From: a virus
DNA: 11,985 nt
Strand: one strand, 5' to 3'
IMG/VR virus record: IMGVR_UViG_3300025639_000001
Span: 1-11,985 of that record
The number at the start of each line of letters is the position of its first letter. Within the stretch, counting starts at the first letter, position 1. Below the pieces are notes generated by a model. It made no database searches, was not told the origin of the DNA, and saw only the letters and a list, made by a program, of their open reading frames with translations. Positions 1 through 5,379 of this stretch are shown here, piece after piece. Made by a program: the position numbers and the translations under genes.

Positions 1-127
1 AATGGGTTACTGACTTCGGACACTTAACTTCAACGCCTGACTGATTACCGATTAAACCATCAGGCGTTCCTCCGATACTATCCCCCATCGCTATAAATTC
101 CTGCCTTGTTCCTGTTCGCGTTACTGC
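1..127. repeat. Terminal direct duplication, copy 1. It is identical to 11859-11985 and indicates a circular molecule with unit length 11,858 bp.
   Basis: Base-by-base comparison shows all 127 nt identical. The minus-strand reading frame is continuous across the implied junction. Confidence 0.9.
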
Positions 128-469
128 AAAACCTGTTCTCTTTTCAAATTCAGCAATGGCTTTAACTTCGTTATCAATCCCCCATTGCATAGCATCACTA
201 ACATAACCCCCATCGTCTATAAATTCGGTTAATACCTCAACAACTTTCTCTGTCGCGTAAGTAATAGCCCCAACGGGTAAAACATCCTTAGTGGGTGCGG
301 TCGTGAGTCTGTGAAATTCTGACGCTGTAAATTTTCCGATACGTTCAAGCAACCAATCGCGGCGGATGTCTTCCGCCGTTTTCAATGGGGCTGATTTTCT
401 TAACTTAGATAAATCAGCACCACCTAATAAAATTGATTGCTCAAGGTTTTCTATATCTTGAGCATTCAT
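1..469 (-). CDS. YqaJ-type (lambda-exonuclease-like) recombination exonuclease, N-terminal portion. The gene continues across the circular junction into 11428-11985, for about 299 aa in total.
   Basis: ATG at 469 and hand translation with no stops down to base 1: MNAQDIENLEQ...GKFTASEFHRLTT...AVTRTGTRQEFIAMGDSIGGTPDGLIG. It is in frame with the ORF at 11428..11946 (469-88=381=127 codons). The GKFTASE and GGTPDG..VEVKCP motifs are typical of the YqaJ/PD-(D/E)XK exonuclease family. Confidence 0.8.
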   Translation of the reverse strand, partial: MNAQDIENLEQSILLGGADLSKLRKSAPLKTAEDIRRDWLLERIGKFTASEFHRLTTAPTKDVLPVGAITYATEKVVEVLTEFIDDGGYVSDAMQWGIDNEVKAIAEFEKRTGFAVTRTGTRQEFIAMGDSIGGTPDGLIGNQSGVEVKCPKSVTH

Positions 470-472
470 AAT

Positions 473-955
473 TTAACCCTCTACTGTTTCAATAATTAAC
501 GGGATAATCTGCCAGCGGTTAGAGCTAAAGGCGTTCGAGGTATTCCTTACCGCCCCTAGAAACGTAATTGATACAGGGGTTAATGTTGTGTTGGGTACAA
601 TCTCCCCTCTGTGAATTGCATCGCTAATATTTCCAACTAATACACGACTAGCATTAATAATACGTTGCACCTTATCGCCCGTATTCTCTAGCATCATCAC
701 ACATAACAGCGGTTTTAATTCCCCTGTTTCAAGGTCTGGGACTTCGTGAGTTCCTACGCTGTGAATATAAACAAGTTTTTCATCCCCTGCTTCTGCTGGA
801 CTCCAATACTCAACATTCAAAGGAACAAAATGCTTTCTCGCATTGGTTAATGCTGGCAGTTCTTTAGTGTCGTCTAACCTAGAACCCGCAACCTGTTCAG
901 CCGAATAAATGCCTGTTGATTCTGCTACTTTTAATTCCGTGCTTTCTGTACTCAT
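473..955 (-). CDS. Hypothetical 160-aa protein immediately upstream of, and tightly packed with, the exonuclease gene. By position it could be an annealing or ssDNA-binding partner, but I do not recognise the family.
   Basis: Intact ORF whose stop at 473 lies 4 nt before the exonuclease ATG at 469. It has ordinary amino-acid composition and the same strand as the operon. Confidence 0.6.
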   Translation of the reverse strand: MSTESTELKVAESTGIYSAEQVAGSRLDDTKELPALTNARKHFVPLNVEYWSPAEAGDEKLVYIHSVGTHEVPDLETGELKPLLCVMMLENTGDKVQRIINASRVLVGNISDAIHRGEIVPNTTLTPVSITFLGAVRNTSNAFSSNRWQIIPLIIETVEG

Positions 956-1088
956 AATATTTTTCCTGCAAATAATTTAAAATTGTTAATACCTAATTAC
1001 ATTTTTTTAACATCAAGCCTTAATGTGTCGCTCTAAGATAAAAAATAATACTTAGTAAGGTCGGGGGCGGTGCGTCCTGCCCCGCCTT

Positions 1089-1096
1089 GTATATAC
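1089..1096. promoter_or_regulatory. GTATATAC perfect palindrome (extended TGTATATACATCT), one of four intergenic copies. Candidate operator.
   Basis: The same 8-mer palindrome occurs at 7446-7453, 7479-7486 and 8426-8433. All copies lie in minus-strand intergenic gaps. Confidence 0.4.
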
Positions 1097-1190
1097 ATCT
1101 TTAAACCCTGTGTAACTTGTGCCATAATATTACCTCGTTTGTATGCCCCCACCCCCAAGGTGGGAACAAATGAAAACCAAAAAAACTACT

Positions 1191-1223
1191 AAGCCACTTT
1201 ATAATTAATTTTATAAGTGGCTT
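1191..1223 (-). terminator. Intrinsic terminator hairpin, probably bidirectional, just downstream of the 130-aa gene.
   Basis: AAGCCACTT(T)ATAA / TTATAAGTGGCTT forms a stem of about 13 bp with one bulge. It is flanked by an A-run on one side and T-runs on the other (GGCTTTTTT on plus; TTTTTTTGGTTTT 5 nt after the stem on minus). Confidence 0.6.
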
Positions 1224-1225
1224 TT

Positions 1226-1618
1226 TTATGCAACGCCTAAATAATGATCGTAATCTGAATAGTAAGAGCTATCCGCTAAACTGCTTATTCTGTCGTCGTC
1301 CCGCGATTCTTTTAGCTCTGCCTGTATCCGTTCTTCTAACTCGTCTATAGCCTCATCACTAAAAAATTGAGTAATCTCAAAAGTACCCGCATGAACTTCA
1401 TGCACTTCAATCTCCCCTTCTGCGTCCTCCAAATACATAATTAAAAAATCCTCTTCATTTTTATCTAAGCATAAGAAGATTTCACTATCTTCATTTTTAA
1501 TATTACTTTTTAAACTCACTTTAGAATCTCCATAGATTAATACTGTGTCAAAGTCTAGGTTACGAATAAATAACCAGTAGCACGGTTTGTATTGTTCTTT
1601 AATACGTTTAATGTTCAT
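1226..1618 (-). CDS. Hypothetical acidic 130-aa protein.
   Basis: Intact ORF whose ATG overlaps the stop of the upstream 60-aa ORF (ATGA-type overlap at 1615-1618). A terminator lies directly downstream. Confidence 0.6.
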   Translation of the reverse strand: MNIKRIKEQYKPCYWLFIRNLDFDTVLIYGDSKVSLKSNIKNEDSEIFLCLDKNEEDFLIMYLEDAEGEIEVHEVHAGTFEITQFFSDEAIDELEERIQAELKESRDDDRISSLADSSYYSDYDHYLGVA

Positions 1619-1797
1619 TCACTTTTGAAAATATTAACAGCCAAACCGCTATCAAAATCACGCCGATCATGTTCTTTATTGTTCCAAGCCATAATCTTTA
1701 ACTGTTCAGACATTGGGAGCTTGTTGAACGGTGTTGATGTTGGTGTTGGTGTTGGTGTTGGTGTTGGTGTTGCCTTTGTTCTTTGTTCTTTGTTCAT
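1615..1797 (-). CDS. Small 60-aa protein with an N-terminal low-complexity K/E/Q/R segment and a (Thr-Pro)n repeat.
   Basis: ATG at 1797 is preceded by AGGTGA 6 nt upstream. The ORF is translationally coupled to the next ORF and lies about 140 nt downstream of a strong promoter. Confidence 0.55.
   Translation of the reverse strand: MNKEQRTKATPTPTPTPTPTSTPFNKLPMSEQLKIMAWNNKEHDRRDFDSGLAVNIFKSE
1731..1794 (-). repeat. Microsatellites inside the 60-aa gene: 7 units of GTGTTG (plus strand, 1731-1772, one variant unit), then 3 units of the heptamer CTTTGTT (1774-1794).
   Basis: Read directly. On the sense (minus) strand this is ATGAACAAAGAACAAAGAACAAAGGCAACACCAACACC..., encoding MNKEQRTKATPTPTPTPTPTS. 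Confidence 0.9.
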
Positions 1798-1932
1798 AAA
1801 TTCACCTGTTTAATTTTTAAAGAGTTCGCCGTGTTGGGGTTAGCTAAACCCCACGACTTCGGTTTTTTCATATTTAGCCACACCAAACAGACCGCCTAAA
1901 GTGTGCAAACAAGTTTTTAATTTGTATGGTGT

Positions 1933-1961
1933 ATGATAGCACTGCTACTAATACAAGTCAA
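1933..1961 (-). promoter_or_regulatory. Sigma70-type promoter: -35 TTGACT, 17-nt spacer, -10 TATCAT. It is embedded in a 40-bp module repeated at 10315-10354.
   Basis: The minus strand reads TAGTAGCGGTGCTGTTGACTTGTATTAGTAGCAGTGCTATCAT. Plus-strand agtcaa is at 1956-1961 and atgata at 1933-1938. Confidence 0.7.
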
Positions 1962-2014
1962 CAGCACCGCTACTAAAACGAACAAGTTTATTAATAAAAT
2001 GAACAAGTAACGGG

Positions 2015-2043
2015 CAAAAAAAAGCCCCGAATAAATCGAGGCT
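2015..2043 (-). terminator. Rho-independent terminator downstream of the 100-aa gene.
   Basis: On the minus strand AGCCTCGA-TTTAT-TCGGGGCT forms a stem with one mismatch, followed by TTTTTTTT. Confidence 0.7.
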
Positions 2044-2064
2044 TTTATTAGTGCGGTTTTATAG

Positions 2065-2367
2065 TTAATCTAAAATATTACCGCCTGCGATTGCATTTAT
2101 CACATCGCGTAATAAGCAATCCCCGTTAAAATCTCCTTGATAAGCGGGTCTATTATTTAGAAAGCAAAACCCATCAATCCCTAAATTTGTTTTTGAAAAT
2201 CTTATTAAGTAGATGTCATTAAATTCCCCATCATCTACGCTGATTGAAAGAAACCCCTGACTTATAAGGCTTGAAAACTTTTGTTTTTTTACATCATCGA
2301 TTTTTATATCTAAATGTTTTTTGCTTTTTGACTCTTTTAAAAAAAATGGATTCATTTCATTACTCAC
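2065..2367 (-). CDS. Hypothetical 100-aa protein.
   Basis: Intact ORF bracketed by two clear minus-strand terminators. No family recognised. Confidence 0.55.
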   Translation of the reverse strand: MSNEMNPFFLKESKSKKHLDIKIDDVKKQKFSSLISQGFLSISVDDGEFNDIYLIRFSKTNLGIDGFCFLNNRPAYQGDFNGDCLLRDVINAIAGGNILD

Positions 2368-2387
2368 TATTAATATTTAAAACGATA

Positions 2388-2420
2388 CTTAAAGAAACCC
2401 ACGCCCGTTGGGGCGTGGGT
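2388..2420 (-). terminator. Rho-independent terminator downstream of the 129-aa gene.
   Basis: A 10-bp GC-rich stem ACCCACGCCC / GGGCGTGGGT with a 4-nt loop, followed on the minus strand by TTTCTTT. Confidence 0.8.
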
Positions 2421-2425
2421 GTTAT

Positions 2426-2815
2426 TTAAAAATAATTGTTATCTATACAGTGCTTGAAATACTCGCCCCATTCTTCTCCCACTTGCTTAGATGTGATTCC
2501 ATAAGGCTTTAAGGCTTCGAGAGCATCTGAAAAATCCCATGTGATTTGGCATTCATAATTTGCCAGCGAATCCCAGATTATTACTTTTAAAGTATTGTTT
2601 TCTTTTTCGTATTCAATACATTCATCATGTAATAACTCTAAATCCTTTAACACATGAGAGCCAGAGCCAACGGGAGCAACAAGCCCTCCGCCGCAATCTT
2701 CATATTTAACGCCCTCTATTTTTTGCTCATCAAATTGAGAATTACTAAAACAGAAAAAAGCACCGTGATTATTAAAAATTTTAGTTTGTAAATTATCTTT
2801 ATTTAATTTTTTCAT
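2426..2815 (-). CDS. Hypothetical 129-aa protein (MKKLNKDNLQTKIF...). I use the ATG at 2815 as the start, not the 3019 start in the ORF track.
   Basis: Normal protein-like sequence begins at MKKLNK. The upstream 68 codons of the track ORF lie in the A-free tract, where no stop codon is possible. Confidence 0.65.
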   Translation of the reverse strand: MKKLNKDNLQTKIFNNHGAFFCFSNSQFDEQKIEGVKYEDCGGGLVAPVGSGSHVLKDLELLHDECIEYEKENNTLKVIIWDSLANYECQITWDFSDALEALKPYGITSKQVGEEWGEYFKHCIDNNYF

Positions 2816-2854
2816 TTTATTATTTTGTTGTTTGTATTTAGAAAAAAGATGTTT

Positions 2855-3804
2855 GAGAAGAAACCCAACGCCAAGCCCCAGACCACACGCCCGAACCACC
2901 AACAGAAACCCACGAGCCAGAACCCAAAGAGGGCAAGGCAGAACCAGCAAACCCACAGGCAAACGCGAACACGGGCAAGCCGCGACCAACAGCCAGCCGA
3001 CAAGCCAAGGCAGAACCAACAGAACGGGGAGAACTGAAAAACACCACCGCCGAAACTGAAGCCGAACCGATCACCGCAGAAGTGCGAGCAGAAAGGCGAA
3101 CACGCAAGGCAACACCAGAACCGCCGCCCGACCACCACGAAACAGAACCGCCACCAGCCGCGAAACCAGACACCGCAGGAACAGCAGACAGCGAACAAGA
3201 ACCAACGCCACCCGAACCGAACGCCGAGAAACAAGAACCAGAGCCAGCAGGCAGGCAGGACAAAACGAACGAATCCAAGCCAACACAACAGCCGACCGAA
3301 ACCGAACGACCCGAACCCAGAACCGAACCAACGACCGACCGAACCAGCGGGGAAAACGAGGGCGAAAGCCCCCGCGAACCAGCAAAGGCAACCACCGCCA
3401 CCACTAGACCCCAGAAACCCAAACGCAGGAAGCAGGCAAAGCCGCCGCAGGCAACAAAGCAAGGGCAGGCGAAACGGCAACGGGAACAGAAACCCCGAAC
3501 ACACCGCCAGCAAAACAGCGAACAACACAAGGGAAACCAACAGCCCCAGCCCAAGCCGCCGCAAAAGCAGAAGCCGCCGAAGAAGAACGGAAGCCCACCA
3601 CCACAACAGCACCAGAAAAAGACCGACCAGACAAACGAACACGCCACCGACAAGCACCAGCAGACAAGGCAGACCCGACAAGCGAACGCCACCAAGGAGC
3701 GACCAGCGGACGAACACCACCGCGACAAAAAGAACGAGAACGAACAACAGAAAAAACAGACATGGAACACCCCACAAAAAAAGGAACAAGAAAACCAAGG
3801 GAAC
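2855..3804 (+). other. Strand-asymmetric tract of about 950 nt with 7 T on the plus strand (7 A on the minus strand). It is A/C/G-only and GC-rich relative to its flanks.
   Basis: In my line-by-line reading, T occurs only at 3035, 3057, 3071, 3083, 3274, 3405 and 3763. The longest T-free run is 3406-3762 (357 nt). Sampled 60-nt lines give about 32-35% A, 40-47% C and 22-25% G. Confidence 0.95.
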
Positions 3805-4044
3805 TACCCCCCACTGAATGACCATTTTACCAAAAAAAGAACCAAAACACCAGCGAAAAAACAAAGAAACATGAGCAAAAACAGGGGCTTGCACTTGCCC
3901 AGCCATGCCTTTAATATTTCAGATTATATTGAATGGGAAGTAAATTTAAGGGAAAAGAAAATGCTTGATGGGGAGAAACAAGCGGGGGCTTTTTGGGCGG
4001 GGGCTTTTTCCCGCACAAAAACCACCGCAACTGCTAGAGCTTAA
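3082..4044 (+). CDS. Candidate U-free coding region for a disordered P/E/T/K/Q-rich protein. The frame is open from 2857, and GTG 3082 is only the first conventional-type start, so the true start is unknown.
   Basis: This is the only plus frame uninterrupted through the tract, and it stays open for about 80 more codons into normal-composition DNA (stop at 4042-4044). Hand counts show a G codon-phase bias. There is no clear SD or ATG. Confidence 0.35.
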   Translation: MRAERRTRKATPEPPPDHHETEPPPAAKPDTAGTADSEQEPTPPEPNAEKQEPEPAGRQDKTNESKPTQQPTETERPEPRTEPTTDRTSGENEGESPREPAKATTATTRPQKPKRRKQAKPPQATKQGQAKRQREQKPRTHRQQNSEQHKGNQQPQPKPPQKQKPPKKNGSPPPQQHQKKTDQTNEHATDKHQQTRQTRQANATKERPADEHHRDKKNENEQQKKQTWNTPQKKEQENQGNYPPLNDHFTKKRTKTPAKKQRNMSKNRGLHLPSHAFNISDYIEWEVNLREKKMLDGEKQAGAFWAGAFSRTKTTATARA

Positions 4045-4308
4045 TTAACTACATCTGTCCGACCCGTAGCGTAGCGGAGGGGAGTTATTAAAACGCGTAG
4101 CACAAAATGTTATTAATCTAATGCGGCATGCAGGACGCTTGCCGCAAATTGTGCAGGGATGCACAGGTTTCTTTAATTTCTAAACTTCAATAATGCCAGT
4201 GATTGCCTTGCCTGTAGGTGTGGGGCTTTTTATTGCGTAGCATTAAAGAAAGCCACCACCGAAAGGCAGGGCGAGAACGGCAAACTACTTTGTAAGGATT
4301 GGCGTTAG

Positions 4309-4352
4309 TGTGGGATTTTTTAATTGCGTTTTTTGCATTAAAAAAATCCCCA
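4309..4352. repeat. Long imperfect AT-rich inverted repeat (hairpin or cruciform) in the 456-bp noncoding region.
   Basis: GTGGGATTTTTTAATTGC - GTTTTTT - GCATTAAAAAAATCCCCAC. The arms pair over about 17 bp with small indels. Confidence 0.6.
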
Positions 4353-4419
4353 CTGAAAGCCGAGCCGAATTAACCCCTGATTAATTTAATAAACATATTT
4401 TTAGGGGGTAACGCTAATA

Positions 4420-4488
4420 CCTAAGCTACCTGTGCGGTAGTCAACAAAAAATTAATAATAATACATTTCTAAGCTACCTTTTCGGCAG
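4420..4488. repeat. Two 21-nt direct repeats, CTAAGCTACCTgTgCGGtAGT and CTAAGCTACCTtTtCGGcAGT, 48 bp apart and separated by AT-rich sequence.
   Basis: Copies at 4420-4440 and 4468-4488 are identical at 18 of 21 positions. Confidence 0.7.
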
Positions 4489-4500
4489 TAATTAATTATA

Positions 4501-5130
4501 TCAAAAGTATTTCATCCGCTTCTCTTTCCATTCCGCCGCATCAATCAAACCCATTTCATAAAGTCGTTTCTGGTCATGGAAATAGGGGGTGAAATCATCA
4601 TCCACTTGTTCACGATTAGAATACCTTACGCCTACTTGTTCGCGGTCTGCACTGAAATCATCAGCAAAAAAACTAGGCTGGTTATTTTCAATATATCGTT
4701 TAATCTTATGGTCAGGTGAATACATCCCCCACCCAAAACAAATCAAACAAATCACAGCAGAAAATACATACTCGCCACCGTTGCCCGTTCTAAGTTTGCC
4801 GCCGAATAAATGAAATCGTGCATCAGACCAAGGGCTAAATGGTACGCCTGCAATAGTAAACGAATCAGCTAACACATGGGATAAGCCGCCCACTGCAAAA
4901 CCTAATCCAAATCCGCGCCAATCAATCCCCACAAATTTAAAAAATAATACCAATGCTATCCAGTACAAAACAATATGCGTTGTGGTTCTATGCTTGATAC
5001 GCCTAAATGGTTTCGCTACCATCTCCATCCAATCGGGAGCGGTTGAGCCTAAGATAGCCGCAGGTACAGCCAGCGGACTAATGATAGTTCCTAATGCCGC
5101 CCCAATCAGCACATGACTTTGCCATCTCAT
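4501..5130 (-). CDS. Membrane-bound metal-dependent hydrolase of the YdjM/DUF457 type.
   Basis: Polytopic hydrophobic protein with an N-terminal H..IG segment, HRTTTH and GGLSHVLAD motifs. These resemble the LexA-regulated YdjM family, recognised from memory rather than a search. Confidence 0.6.
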   Translation of the reverse strand: MRWQSHVLIGAALGTIISPLAVPAAILGSTAPDWMEMVAKPFRRIKHRTTTHIVLYWIALVLFFKFVGIDWRGFGLGFAVGGLSHVLADSFTIAGVPFSPWSDARFHLFGGKLRTGNGGEYVFSAVICLICFGWGMYSPDHKIKRYIENNQPSFFADDFSADREQVGVRYSNREQVDDDFTPYFHDQKRLYEMGLIDAAEWKEKRMKYF

Positions 5131-5136
5131 AAATTA

Positions 5137-5379
5137 CTACTTAAAACAAAATTGATATTCACTAGCAACACTCTCAATATCTTCAATCGGTAAATCATAA
5201 CTCTTCACCTCTCCAGCTTTATTAAGTAAAGCAATCGCCATTGCCTTAGCACAGACGGCTACCACTTGCTTAGGGTAAGCCGTTCTTATTATTTTCTCGT
5301 CTTTCCCTCCAAACAATATAACTGAATAAATTGCAGTCGGGATTAAAAATATTAAACAATCTCTTCTACTGATTTTCAT
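5137..5379 (-). CDS. Small 80-aa membrane-anchored hypothetical protein. I use the ATG at 5379 as the start.
   Basis: AGAGGTGA lies 5 nt upstream of ATG AAA ATC. There is one N-terminal hydrophobic segment (CLIFLIPTAIYSVILFGG). The gene overlaps the upstream gene by 14 nt. Confidence 0.55.
   Translation of the reverse strand: MKISRRDCLIFLIPTAIYSVILFGGKDEKIIRTAYPKQVVAVCAKAMAIALLNKAGEVKSYDLPIEDIESVASEYQFCFK

Noticed and set aside
1-127. The terminal 127-bp repeats as LTR, IS or transposon ends.
   Set aside because: They are direct and exact, they sit at the very ends of the window, and they lie inside a single ORF that reads through the junction. That fits a circular-contig overlap rather than element termini.
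1592-1813. Plus-strand 73-aa ORF.
   Set aside because: It is antisense to two coupled minus-strand genes. Its product is dominated by translation of the GTTGGT repeat (VGVGVG).
2816-3019. N-terminal 68-codon extension of the 2426..3019 ORF.
   Set aside because: The extension lies wholly in the A-free tract and has nonsense-like composition (MVLPWLVGWLLVAACPC...). Normal protein sequence starts at the ATG at 2815.
2825-3059. Plus-strand ORFs 2825..3037 (70 aa) and 2832..3059 (75 aa).
   Set aside because: They are open by composition and are each terminated by one of the rare T (TGA 3035, TGA 3057). Neither has an SD. ATG 2849 is noted in the findings only as a possible entry point that would need a frameshift, for which I see no slippery site.
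2838-3770. The 310-aa minus-strand ORF inside the tract, and likewise 3071..3391 (-) and 3404..3814 (-).
   Set aside because: These frames are open only because an A-free strand cannot contain TAA, TAG or TGA. The products are Cys/Trp/Gly/Arg/Phe strings, and the starts are non-ATG codons assigned by the ORF finder.
2855-3804. The idea that the tract is an ordinary gene hypermutated T->C on the plus strand (A->G on the minus strand, deaminase-like).
   Set aside because: First- and second-codon-position composition would roughly fit. However, in two of the three sampled stretches the wobble positions are dominated by A, not C. A converted AT-rich gene should be C3-rich. Conversion would also have to be about 99% complete, far beyond known editing or hypermutation. 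I cannot fully exclude it without a homologue to compare.
2855-3804. G-quadruplex array on the G-rich minus strand.
   Set aside because: C-runs on the plus strand are mostly 2-4 nt long and irregularly spaced. I saw no regular G3+N1-7 x4 pattern.
4589-4813. Plus-strand 74-aa ORF.
   Set aside because: It is an antisense shadow within the YdjM-like gene, with no start context.
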